Positions 51,333 to 63,242 of a stretch of 64,000 nucleotides of DNA are shown here, piece after piece. The stretch comes from Takakia lepidozioides. Lineage: Eukaryota; Plantae; Bryophyta. The notes under the pieces are model-generated. The model saw only the letters and a program-made list of their open reading frames with translations. It was not told the DNA's origin and ran no database searches. Within the stretch, counting starts at the first letter, position 1. The number at the start of each line of letters is the position of its first letter. The position numbers were made by a program, and so were the translations under genes. The stretch spans positions 72,478,001 to 72,542,000 of the forward strand of contig CM060733.1 in the NCBI GenBank assembly GCA_030704615.1, written 5' to 3'.

Positions 51333-52299
51333 TGTCGCACGGCTTTTACTCACCCATCCCTTCGCTATTCGAGGCGGAAACTCCAAGATAGAAGAGTTGG
51401 AAATCTCTAAGTACTCAGCCCGCGCAGAACAATCAGTCATGACCTACAGCTAGTGTATCATGGGGGTGTTTCCTATTTGTTTCCCTTTTGGCATTCATGT
51501 TAGCTATCTTACCATTGATAATTAAGTATCAGTTTGCTTTATCAATCTATTGGATTCCATCAACTCATCCATTCATTCCACAACTTCACTCAGATCTCTC
51601 TTCACAGTGTGATTGTATCGTAAAAGTATCCGATTATGATTTATCAGGTATCAGGCCGAAGCCATTGTGTCTCTAATCTGCTCTACAATATCATTACAGC
51701 CTTGCATATATCAAGCATCTACTCATCATCTCTCTATCTTCACTTCCGTTCTTCATCTCTGCCCGATCCCCTCTCCTCCATGACCAAGAAGTCCTCCTCC
51801 GAATGATATCCCCAAAATTCCCCGCTTCTCCTTTTATCTTCCTACCCGTGGTTCTAACCGTTTCCCTCACTAACCGTTGTCTGTGAACTAACATGTTCCC
51901 TTCGCAGGTGTTGTTTCCCACAGTCGTTCCCTGTCCTGCTCTCCGTTCCCTATGATCGTGACAGCTGTGTCAAGCTGTGACTGGCTGTGTGAAACTGTGA
52001 CGGGCTATGACTGGCTGTGCGACTGTGTTTGGCTGTGTCGGGCTGTGACTGGCTGTGTGGCTGTGTCGGCTGTGACGACTGTGACGGGCTGTGTTGGCTG
52101 TGTCGGCTGTGTCTGCTGTGACAACTGTGACGGGCTCTGTTGGATGTGTTGGCTGTGACGACTGTGACGGGTTGTGTAACCCCTCTCTACAGTGCGTTGC
52201 TGTCACCCCTAAGGCTCCTGTTGGTCTTTGTCTGTGCAAAAATTAAGGGTACCCTACAGATCCCGTATAAGTGTCTAAGTCCCAGACAGTCCTCTAACA
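51333..52299 (-). repeat. 5' LTR of element C
   Basis: Near-identical to 39062-39972 except for minisatellite length. Confidence 0.93.
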
Positions 52300-52304
52300 C
52301 TCTG

Positions 52305-55300
52305 GCGTGGTAAGGGAATCAATGATTCAAGAGGTGCAGCGGTTGTCCAGGGGAAACCCTGTTGTGCATGTAATACCTACACCTGTGACGGAGGTACCAG
52401 GGGTAGAATATCAAGAGACTGCAGCACCTGTGGCAGATGAGGTGGTTCAGGAGAAAATCTGGTGGGGCAATGGCCTGAATGGTTGGTGAAGCATCACACT
52501 GTTGAGAATCAGGGAGAACAACAACAAGCTCCCCATGAAGACCCTCAGCAGGCCATGCTTATGAGTTCCATAAGCAGAACACTTAATTTGTTGGGCACTT
52601 ATGTGAAATCACATGTTCCATCTATCCAATTGGCAACTTTGAGGGAGGAACTCAGAAAAGAGTTTGAGGCTCGACTTGCCACTGAGTGTGCAAACAAGGT
52701 CAATGAGGAGGTCAATCTCAAGTTACAGCAAGAGTTAAAGGATACAAAAGCTGATTTGCAGTTGGCCAAGGAACATTTGATTGAAGCAGGCCTCGCGCAG
52801 GACCAGTTGCACGAAGCACATAAACAACAGTTATACCAAATGCAGGTGAAGCATGAGGGCAAGTTGCAAGAAGTGAATGCACTACATATAGAGTTGGAGG
52901 CAGTACATGAGAGGATGACCATACAATGTGCTACACTCACAACTACTCTTGAGCAAACTGCATTAGAAGTTAACAGACAATGGGAGAGATGTATGAAGGC
53001 AGAGGCGGAAAATGTGCAGGCGAAACTCATTGTTGATATGAAGAATACAATCTGTCGCAATGAGAATACTTTCAAGCAATACAGACAGGTTGAAGCTCGC
53101 CAAGAGAGGTACATCCTGGAGTTGCAATGGCCTGAATGGTTGGTGAGGCATCCCACTGTTGAGAATCAGGGAGAACAGCAGCAAGCTCCCCATGAAGACC
53201 CCCAGCAGGCCATGCTTATGAATTCTATAAGCAGGACACTTAATTTGTTGGGCACTTATGTGAAATCCCATGTTCCATCTACCCAATTGGCAGCTTTGAG
53301 GGAGGAACTCAGGAAGGAGTTTGAGGCTCAAATTGCCACTGAGTGTGCTAACAAGGTAGATGAAGAGGTCAATCTCAAGTTACAGCAAGAGTTGGAGGAC
53401 ACAAAGGCTGCCTTGCAGTTGGCCAAGGGACATTTGATTGAAGCAGGCCTCAAGCAGGACCAGTTGCATGAAACACATAAGCAACAGTTATACCAATTGC
53501 AGGTGAAGCATGAGGGCAAGTTGCAAGAAGTGAACGTACTACATACAGAGTTGGAGGCAGTACATGAGAAGATGACCATACAATGTGCTACACTCACAAG
53601 TACTCTAGAGCAAACTGCATTAGAAGTTAATAGACAAGGGGAGAGATGTATGAGGGCAGAAGCTGAGATAATAGAGCAAGCGAAACTCATTGTTGATATG
53701 AAGAATACAATCTGTCGCAATGAGAATACTTTCAAACAATACAGACAGGTTGAGGCTGACCAGGAGAGGTACATCCTGGAGTTGCAACAAACAGTCATGG
53801 TAAATAGAAATGAACTCTCTGTGGCTAACAAGGCTCGGAAGGAAGCCAATAATCTGGCTGCTGCCTATGCGAGTTTGGTTGAACCTCATGCGAAGCACAT
53901 GGAGGCTTTACAACAGCAGTTAGATGTGTACAGGCTCACAGAGGAGCAGACTCTTAGGGGTGGCACACACAACTTGGTGGATAACCACCTAATGTAGGTC
54001 TGGTTAGCACAAGGGGCGGTGGAAGGCAAAGCACCACGGAAGCTCACCCAGGGCGAGATGAATGAGCTCAGACTGCAGGTGCAGAACATTGCCACAACTA
54101 CTATAGACAATGTCTATAGTAGGATAGCAGAGCTACATGAGGATGTAGAAGGCCTGCAGACTCAGGTGGATGACCTGAGTTCAAATATTGACAAAAGAGT
54201 CTTTGTACCTGAGGAGCAGCTGATGGCTACTTATTTACAAGCCAGAACTATAATTTTTCAGTCTTCTTCGCAAGAGGTGCAGGAGATGCCAGTGGTAGAA
54301 GGGCCAGTGCTACCAATATCACAACAAGTGAATGTACAGGTAGCTGACGCTGTTGTTACTACAGCCACACCACAGCCCGAGGTATGGGGGGATGCTGCTT
54401 TTAACCCACCTAAGACTCATGCTGCACGGGAGTACAGTCGGGCTATGATTATGCCCTTCAACCAAATTCCCATTGTGTTGGATTTGGCTTGGAAGGAATT
54501 TAGTCCTCCGCAGTCGTTGGCACATTACTACCAGATCATGCGCATTTGGCTGCCAGTGACAACTAGGACTAAGGTTCTTCCGAACAATCGACCCTTTGAG
54601 GATCATCACTTTGCGAGGTACTGGTCTGAAGCAAGTACCATGTTGCAGGAATTAATTGCCTTCCAAGTTGTACATGGGTACATTTATACCAAGACCAAGG
54701 AGGTAGCAAGTATTGTCATGGGCTGTGGATTATACTATGCTGCTTGTTTTCTGGCACGTTATCACATCGAGCAACAGAGGATGCAATTGCGTTATTCCAG
54801 TGGGGATCATTGGGTCTTACCTTCAGTGCCACATCATATGTACCTATATGAAGCAAAAGCTATGATGCAAAAGGATTCCCAACTTCGTTCATGGTTTCAT
54901 TCGGCCTGGAACAATTTGACAACACAGAAATTCAGCCCTGACGATATTTTCTTTAAGGGACATGAGGCATGGAAATACTTGCACTGTTCCCAAGTCATTG
55001 GCACACCACTCACCTTTACGGACAAGGAGTTCAGGGTGTTCACCAATTTGGCCATTAAGCGCTTACAACAAGTTGTGCAGTTTAAACTTCCAGACATGGT
55101 GGGACCACATTGTATGCCCCAAAGGATTCCAATTAGAGTTCGACCGTTAAAACACCTCAGGGGGGACAAGGATTCTGATACTACTGTTTCTTCAGCGGAC
55201 TCTTTTGACATGGCAGAAGACTATGCACTTCAGATGGCAGAAAAGAAACGACGAGGATCTCCTATGCCTGAGAGGTTACCTCGATATCAGCCAAAGGAGG

Positions 55301-55431
55301 GTCAGACATTTCCAGGTAGTGCTCAATCATCTCCATCAACCAGTGACAAGACTCGGGCTCGCACACGGAGTCCTTCACGAGACTCTCACCATCAGAAGGG
55401 TGTTCCATCACAAAGGTTTGCTAAATCCTAA
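52305..55431 (+). pseudogene. 3' accessory ORF of element B, last part, with a 657-bp in-frame duplication
   Basis: ORFs 52462-53997 and 54019-55431 separated by a TAG; homologous to the element C and A ORFs. Confidence 0.82.
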
Positions 55432-55477
55432 ACAGTAAACCGTGAGGACACGGCTTTTTGAGAGGGGGAGGGGTAAA

Positions 55478-56297
55478 TGTTAGAGGGCTACTTGGGACTT
55501 TAACGCTTTTACGGGTTCTGTGGGGTACCCTTAATTTTTACACAGACTGAGACCAACAGGAGCCTTAGGGGTGACAACAGCAGGCTTTAAGGGGGGGGGG
55601 GGGTTACACAACCCGACACAGCCCGTCACAGCCAACACAGCCAGTCACAGCCGCCACAGCCGACACAGCCAACACAGCCCGATACAGCCCGACACAGCCT
55701 GACACAGCTTCACACAACCTAACCAGTTTTGCACAGTTGTCACAGTACAGGGGGAACGGTTAATATGGACAGGGAATGACTGTGTGGGAACGACATCTGC
55801 AGAGGGAATATGTTACTTCAGGGGTGACGGTTAGTTAGCAAGGCGGTTAGAACAACTTGTAGGTAGATAAAGCCAAGAGCGGGGACTTTTTGGGGATCAC
55901 TTCTTGGATCACTTCTTAGACATCAGGGGAGAAGGTCAGACGGAGGGCACGATCTTGGAGCTCAGGGATGATGATGATTACACAGAAGAGGAGATGATGA
56001 CTTGATGGAGGTTTATTTCATGCAGAGTTGTAGTGATATTGTAGGGCGGATTAGAGTCACCTTGACATTGGCCTAGTAGCTGATAAATCGTAATCTGATA
56101 CTTATTTGATACAAGCACACTGTGTAGAGAGACATGAGTGAAGCTGTGAAATGAATCATGATTAACTGGAACTAAGAAGATACTGAAGCAATCTGATGCT
56201 TCAGTATCAGATAAGGTAAATTGATAACATGAAGGCAAGAAGGAATACAAATGGGAAGCACAACCATGATTCACTAGCTGCAGGTCATGACTGATTG
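55478..56297 (+). repeat. 3' LTR of element B, interrupted by MULE-3
   Basis: PPT GAGAGGGGGAGGGG then TGTTAG; matches 3343-3912; breaks at CATGACTGATTG|GGGGGCTGCTA. Confidence 0.9.
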
Positions 56298-56522
56298 GGG
56301 GGCTGCTATTTCATGAGCAGCATGAGCATGAGCGGCATGAGCATGAGCGGAAAAAAAAAAAACATGAGCGGGCCGAATTGTGTCCACGGAAATAGGGTTA
56401 GGAGGCACGGAAATAGGGTCATGTGGACTCGTCATAGCAATGAAATGCAACATTTTATTGCAAATTTGGTGGCAAGCCACGTCTATACAAGTGTGTCCTA
56501 ACTGTCATAGCAGGAATAGGAA

Positions 56523-59500
56523 CTACTCTCCTACACCTTCCGAGGAACTTGGCCCTCCTTCTTCCTCATCCCCCTCATCCCCCCCATCCTCCGAGCTCTG
56601 TGATGCATCGGTTGCAGTATGCCTCTCAAAAATGTCGTCCTCTCCTTGGGGGACTGTCCACCTCACCTCTTGGGAATCTTCTGCCTCTTCTCCCCCACTT
56701 TCCTCAGCAGAATCCAACACAAATCTACGAGCCCGACGGGCTCTAATAGCTGCTGCCTCCTCCCTCATCTTCATTTTCTTGAGGCTTGCCTCGTCTAAAA
56801 TCTGCTGTACACGACTACGTTCGGAACACCTCCTAATGGACACCGAAGCAAGCCGGGCAGCATAAGTAGGAAGGATGTACTCCCTTTCTGGACTAGGCAT
56901 GAAATCCCCCCTGGCAAAAAAAGGCACGTTCCTCCTGCCCATGAACTCCAGTGTAGACGTCCCTCTTGCCGTACTTGGCATCCTACAGTAAGAACAAATC
57001 CACTTCAAGAATGTCAATACCAGCAGAAGCAGAAAGGGTTTTCAATGAAATAAGAGAGCGAAGGGAGGTGCCTCACGAAATCTGGAGGCAACTTACAATG
57101 CGACCACTCACTCGTACACCGGGGGCTCCTCGGCCTCGATCCCAACTTGTTCCTCCCCCTGCTCCTTCTCGGATTTTTCCTCATCCTCCGAGGATGCCTC
57201 TTCCTCTTTCGGCAGACGTTCAGCCGCTGCAAGTTCCGAGTTGTGGAGGGCAGTATTTGGCTCGAAGGCGAACACATGCCTGTCGGACAACGTCTCTGCC
57301 CACATTGAAGCACCTAAGGAACAAAGCGGGCGGTTAATAGCTTGCGGCATGCAATTGCAATCGGGCCAGGGGACAAACTGAGCACGTGAAGGCTTACCCG
57401 TGCCGCATGTGAGGTCCAGAATCCGCCCTTGGACATCCGAGCACGTCTCCATGAGGGTTTGGATGAAAGCAGGGCTCCGGGTCCGGCTGTACCACCACGG
57501 TTTGCCTGTCTTTGTGTCCTTCGGCATACTGGAGTGGGGCACATAGTTGTAGAGGACATCGTAGGTAACAGGGTCCACAGCGGCATCAACAAGACGACCG
57601 TCGTTGCGGAATTTGAACGAGACCCTCTCTTCACAAAGCAATATGCCTCAAACACCAATGTCTGCACATCCAACAAAATAGGGATCAACTCCGGGATCTT
57701 GTTAAGATACACCACAATATGAGGTGAATGCAATAGATTGATAACTTACACTTTGGCCCTCTGTTCGCAACCCCTGTGTATTGATGCAGAACCATTTTTT
57801 GAGGAGGACCGGGGCGACACTTTTCGGTGTCCACCTTGCCACCGCATTCTCTGTGGTCTTCCCTCTTGTGGCAAGGACAACCACACATCCACGGTCATCC
57901 AGAAGCATCCCCGCCAGCCCAAACCCGGCTTTCAGTAGTCCTCAGTAAACCTGTTCCAGGTGGGCACACCATCCAGGCCCTCCAGCAGCTCCCCATCTGG
58001 AATGTCGAGGAGAATCATGTCGCAAGCTCTCTCCACCTCAACTCCCCCCCCCCCCCCCCCCCCCCCGAGTGCTCTTGCAATCTGTGCTCACAGCCGTGAA
58101 GAATTCCATCATGGCTTCAAAACCAGGGGTGTCTTTAGGCTCTGTACCGCCAGCCCTCTTTTTGGCTTTCCCCTTCTGCTCCGCCAGAGACTTGTTGTGT
58201 GCCACCTTCTTCGCCCTGGCAGCGAGAGCGTCAAGGAAGCTCTCATTGACGCATTGGATGATGGTTGGAGGTTCTAGCTTTGGCCTGTGCGTAAACGTCA
58301 CCGCCGAATACCGGCGTGTAGGCTCGCCCTCAAATGCCAACTTCTTGGCAGAGCCAGTCCCACTCCGAACTGACTTGGGAACCCGGACGACCGGTGACTG
58401 GGTAGGAGCAACAGCAGTCGAAGGACCTTGAATGAAGTCGTCGTCCGAGTCACTCTCTTGGGTCCCCTCCTGCGCCTCCTCCGATGCCCCGATGGTTTTC
58501 TTCTTTTTGGGTGTTACTGCAGTCACCTGTTTCCTTGTCCTTTTCCTTTGACCTTTACTCTTCTCATGCAATTTCTCCTGAATTCCTGCCTGAGCAAGCT
58601 CTGCCGCTTTCCTGGAGTTCGCAAGCGCTTTTGCCTCTTTTGCACCCAGCGGAGGCAGCGGAGCCCGGTTTCGTCGGGCCTCAGCATCCAGCTTCAATTG
58701 AAACTCGGATGGGTCGAGCATGCCAGTCGGAAGGTCCACATACCAAGGGCAATCACGCAAATGTTCCAGATGCCACTCCTTCACAATATCGTCAGTGTAC
58801 ATGGAGTCAGCCCCAGGGTTCCTCCATGCCAGGAAGAATGGTGGCTCCAAAGACAGATGACCTTTCTCCAAAAGGGAGAACTTGCAGTACCTGCATTCAT
58901 GAAAAACACAATGAGGTCCCTGAACTGCAAATTCGGCACCATTTTCCCAGGTTGGGGCGGATCTGAGTGGGCCTAGAAATGGAAAAATGGCGCCAAATTT
59001 CGGTTTTCGGTGACTGCCACCCTAGGGACTTAGCCATCTTGGGAGCCCTGAACTGGAAATTCGGCGCCATTTTTCCTGGTTTGGCCCGAAGATGGCTAAG
59101 TCCCAGAATGGCAATAGGGCCTAGAAATAAAAAAATGGCGCCGAATTTCCAGTTCAGGGCCAGCCACCCTACGGACTTAGCCATTTTCCCAGGTCCGGCC
59201 CGAAAATGGCTATGTCCCAGAACGGCAATAGGGCCCAAAACTGGAAAAATGGCGCCGAATTTCTAGTTCAGGGCCAGCCACCCTAGGGACTTAGCCATTT
59301 TCGGAGCCCTGACTGGAAATTCGGCGCCATTTTCCCAGGTCCGGCCCGAAAATGGCTAAGTCCCAGAACGGCAATAGGGCCCAGAATTGGAAAAATGGCG
59401 CCGAATTTCCAGTTCAGGGCCAGCCACCCTAGGGACTTAGCCATTTTCGAAGCTCTGACTGGAAATTCGGCGCCATTTTCCTAGGTCCGGCCCGAAAAAG

Positions 59501-60338
59501 GCTAAGTCCCATATGGCCTTGACCTGGAAAAATGGCGCCGAATTTCCAGTTCAGGGCCAGCCACCCTAGGGACTTAGCCATTTTCGGAGCCCTGATCTGG
59601 AAATTCGGCGAAAAATGCAAGGACTGTAAGGAAGGCATCGCGTATGTACCTGTACAGAAGGCGCATTGCTGCTTTGTCCGCGTTCGGCTGGTCGGTGAAC
59701 TCGTGGCTCCGGCGGGCATGTGGTATCTCCCGAAAGAATAGGTCGGTTTTGCAGAGCAGAAAGTACCTCATCACATAGTCACGTAGGCTCTCTGCTGCAG
59801 GAGAAATCTCCATCTTGAACTGATGTGCTTGTGTGTCCAGCTGCTCTTGCGCATTCGTCGTCACCTGTGGAGATTCTCCATCAAATCGCATTGCTGAAAA
59901 AATACAATGAATCCACCCCCTACAAGAGTAGAAGCGCCAAACGAAGCGTGGGGAAGTACCTGAAACCACCATGTCATGCGGTTCATCCACATGTCGAATG
60001 TGGGGTCAGGCAGTTTGTCCGGTTTGGGGAAGCTCCACATGTCCCTTGTACTTTGGGAACCATTCTAGATTTGGAGCCACCGGGTCTGTCCAACCACCCA
60101 GCATATTTGTAAGCGCCAAACACCACAAAAACGAGTTGTTGCCACCACAATTTGGTTAAGAATGTATCACCTTTTCTGCACCATCCACACAGGATGTGGC
60201 TAGACGATGGAGCTTCTCCAATGTCATCGTGGGCTTCAGAGCGCGGGAGTAGTGCTTCCCCACCTCCACCAGAAAGTCGGCACCAAGGGCGGGATCAGCT
60301 ATGGCCACGTACTTTACCATCCGCGACTTGTACTTTAT
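56523..60338 (-). pseudogene. 3' half of the ParB-MTase gene (MTase part) with frameshifts
   Basis: ORFs 58038-58871, 57108-57641 and 56523-57017 match MULE-1. Poly-C expansion near 58043-58066; indels near 57935 and 57619. Confidence 0.85.
58915..59615. repeat. Intronic palindrome-motif array of MULE-3 (motifs in alternating orientation)
   Basis: AAATGGCGCCGAATTTCCAG and CTGGAAATTCGGCGCCATTT alternate, with GGGACTTAGCC elements. Confidence 0.88.
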
Positions 60339-61184
60339 TCGCCAGAGACCACTTCAGGGGTACCACTTTGAAAATGCAAGGAAACGACATCTTGACGTGC
60401 CCCCAAGAAGCTCATCTTCCTTTCAATACTGACTGGTACGATATCAGAGTTCTATGTTCCACCTCTGGTAAACAAACCCTTCCCCTCCTGTTGAGCTTTA
60501 GCATTACAACAATTCTTTCTATTGGTTCCTCTTTGCTCCGGTGAGATTGCTTCAATTCGATCCCGGTGAATGGCTGTGGATGCCCAAAAAGCATGACAAT
60601 TTTTTTTCCTATTCGGTAAAGCTGGGCTACTCTTTGCTGATGCCTAAACATACATTTGATCTGGCAAATGAACCAAAAATGGGCTCACCTTTTGGGGCAT
60701 TTTGCTCCTTGGAATTTGGTTTGGACAGATATTTGGAATAAGCACAGGTCTGCGGGGGCTGCTATTTCATGAGCCATGAGCCATGAGCCATGAGCCATGA
60801 GCAGAGTCGTAAGTGTCGAAAAAACATGAGCAGGAGTGTCCGCAGGAATAGGGTTTAGGGTGTCACGGTCATAGGGGGAGAAGGACCTCCTGATGAAGGA
60901 GGTTCGGCAATGTTTTTTAGAATTACATATTGAAAGGCAATGTTTCGCGAATGGTAGGGTGGTACTGATCTGTACAATGGGGGCCCATTTCAGCCTACCA
61001 GCCACTTGCAAAATCCACCCACACTCCCAATGAGGAATGACGCATTTTGGGAACGATGGATACAGAATAGAACAAAAAGAGGGCACAATGGGGTTTTTAT
61101 TGATCCACATAAATTGCATTTGAAGCACGTCTACTGTGCTGATTGTGTAAACAATTCTTTAGCCCTGTGCCTTCTAAATACAAG

Positions 61185-61748
61185 TCACGTTGTCAATGGG
61201 ACTTCGACTGCTCTGAGAAGTAGCTCATGAGTCTTCGGGCTCCTCCAGGTAAACTGGATTGCAGCCGTTGTACCGCCCCTGTTTATGTTCACCACGATGT
61301 CCTGCCCTTCAATCATACCACCATCGAATATGGAAAGCTTCACGTTTTTGCCGTCCACACCAATGCGAATGTCCCCATACAATGGAGAAGATGAGCGCAC
61401 TCCCTCAGGAGTATAAGTCTCTCCGATGGAGTCCACCCACGTCCACTGGCAGCAGTTCCACCGCAACAGCATAGCAGTGCGCATTCTTCTGCATGGGTGC
61501 CCGTCGTAGCTGGGAAAATCGGAATCAAGGATGCGCAAGAGCCACGGACTCCTCAGACCAAGATCGTCACCCCGCTCGAAGGCGTACTGGCCTGGGAGAT
61601 ACTCAAAAGCGGACAATGTTTCCACATTCGAACCAGTATCTTCTGTGTAATCTGTGTACCAGATAACGATGTCTCCCGATGTGGCCGAATACATTGCATA
61701 ATCGATGCCTCCATAAGGGCAGTCGTCCCGGTTCCGGAAGCACGGCAT
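61185..61748 (-). CDS. Hypothetical protein (~187 aa), paralog of 62305-62910
   Basis: MPCFRNRDDCPY...SGDIVIW...RWNCCQWT...YGDIR...DGGMIEGQDIVV; open frame conserved with the paralog. Confidence 0.65.
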   Translation of the reverse strand: MPCFRNRDDCPYGGIDYAMYSATSGDIVIWYTDYTEDTGSNVETLSAFEYLPGQYAFERGDDLGLRSPWLLRILDSDFPSYDGHPCRRMRTAMLLRWNCCQWTWVDSIGETYTPEGVRSSSPLYGDIRIGVDGKNVKLSIFDGGMIEGQDIVVNINRGGTTAAIQFTWRSPKTHELLLRAVEVPLTT

Positions 61749-61983
61749 CCTTGCAAAGAAGGACCTGAGGACGTCTTTGATGCCGATGACAATCACCTTG
61801 CAGACAGCAACGAAGCCCTTAGATTTTCGAAATGATGAGAAGCGGAAGAGCAATGCGGGCTCCAATAATGGACCATCTGGGTCACAAGTACCCACCAATC
61901 ATCGTGTAACGTGTTCAACAAGCCAGCGGTGGATGAACCGATACCTCTTTATCATCCATGGGGTATAGTTTGAAATCTGCTAC

Positions 61984-62046
61984 CGAAGTCCATCCCCCGG
62001 ATGGAAATTCGGCGCCGTATTTACATCGAAGGGGGGATGGACTTCG
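61984..62046. promoter_or_regulatory. 63-bp hairpin enclosing one MULE-1-type palindrome, between divergent ORFs
   Basis: CGAAGTCCATCCCCC-GGATGGAAATTCGGCGCCGTATTTACATC...-GGGGGATGGACTTCG. Regulatory role is inferred. Confidence 0.55.
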
Positions 62047-62304
62047 TCGTCTCGAGTGGCTATAGGCCCACCTGGCACTTACTGCCCATAGTTTGCATGG
62101 CAGGGAAGGAAACTGAAACGGCTACATCCATGGATGAGCCAATCTTCATCCATGCAGGTTCCTGTCGGAGGGATATTTAAATGTGCCCTGGAGTGTTTGT
62201 GAGGAATTGCAGCGTTTGCTTGAATTTCTTCCAGCCACCGCACTGCTACCTCCTCCATCCGGGAGCTGCTGTCATTGAGCATACTGCGCTACTCTTTTTC
62301 AGGG

Positions 62305-62910
62305 ATGCCGTGCCGCCGAAATCCTGCTGACTGCCCTTATCATGGCCACGATTATGCTATGTTCAAACCAGAATCAGGAGACATCATTGTCTGGCTTTCA
62401 CTTTTCACAGACGCATCTGGAATCAAGCGGGAGTCTTTGCGCGCAATGGAGTATTTGGAGGGCTATTACCGCTTTGAGCGAGGTGAGGGCGAGGATCAAT
62501 GCGGTCCGTGGGTCCTGAAAATTGTTGACCTCGATATACCAAGGTGGAATGGGATGCCGGACAGATCACGCACGGCCTCACTTTGGCGCTGGAACTGCTG
62601 CCAGTGGACCAGGGAGGACGGCACCGGGGAAAACTATATTCGTGGAGTTCACTCCGCTTTTCCAGTGTATGGAGACATTCGGCTGAGTTGTGAAGACGAA
62701 TCACACGGGCACAGGAGGCCCACAGTGACCTTGTTGATGTATGATGGTGGTATGATTGATGGGCATGACATTGTCGTCAGCTCCACCAAGGGCACCAGAT
62801 CGACCGCATTGCAGTTTACCTCGAGGTGCCGCATCAGTAATGAGCTTGTTTTGAGGGCTATCGAAGTTTCGTCGATTGGTGACGCCCATGTAGAAGGAGG
62901 AAGGGCTTAG
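62305..62910 (+). CDS. Hypothetical protein (~201 aa), paralog of 61185-61748
   Basis: MPCRRNPADCPY...SGDIIVW...RWNCCQWT...YGDIR...DGGMIDGHDIVV. Confidence 0.65.
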   Translation: MPCRRNPADCPYHGHDYAMFKPESGDIIVWLSLFTDASGIKRESLRAMEYLEGYYRFERGEGEDQCGPWVLKIVDLDIPRWNGMPDRSRTASLWRWNCCQWTREDGTGENYIRGVHSAFPVYGDIRLSCEDESHGHRRPTVTLLMYDGGMIDGHDIVVSSTKGTRSTALQFTSRCRISNELVLRAIEVSSIGDAHVEGGRA

Positions 62911-63242
62911 ATTTGTCTGGAGTTGCTAAATGTGAGACACCGTGTTCGATCAATAAAACAACCCATCGTACCTCACTTCTGTGTGCTTGTGTTTCATCGT
63001 GTTCAAGAACTGCCGTAATTGGCCCACTGTTTACAATTTGAGGTCTCATTTGTACAATGTGTCTGTCCATATGACTATACCAGAGTCAGCGATATCAGAG
63101 TCCTAAGGTGAAGAAAATCCATGTATGAGTTGTAGGAAACATGTACACACCGAAGCTCGGAAATTCGGCAACGCAATTCATTTTTCTCCATGCAGTGATT
63201 TCTGGCAGCTCCCTTTCCTCCGTTGTCGTCGTAACGGAAATA

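Larger units (their letters stand above)
39062..52299 (-). mobile_element. Full-length Ty3/Gypsy element C (13.2 kb)
   Basis: 5-bp TSD CTCTG (39057-39061 and 52300-52304); two near-identical TG...CA LTRs; PBS; PPT; gag-PR-RT-RH-INT order. Confidence 0.95.
3343..56297 (+). mobile_element. Ty3/Gypsy element B (non-chromoviral; decayed; host of nested insertions)
   Basis: 5' LTR remnant 3343-4012, PBS, gag-PR-RT-RH-INT, 3' accessory ORF, PPT and 3' LTR from 55478. Colinear with element C once the TSD-bounded insertions are removed. Confidence 0.9.
56298..60338 (-). mobile_element. MULE-3: truncated inverted copy of the MULE-1 family (right end plus the 3' half of the ParB-MTase gene)
   Basis: TIR GGGGGCTGCTATTTCATGAGC; exons nearly identical to 20078-24420; homology ends abruptly near 60338. 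Confidence 0.92.
60754..63242. mobile_element. MULE-4: terminus of another MULE-1-related element carrying two paralogous ORFs; other end not seen
   Basis: GGGGGCTGCTATTTCATGAGC TIR followed by tandem CATGAGC; one family palindrome near 62000. The rightward extent is inferred. Confidence 0.6.
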
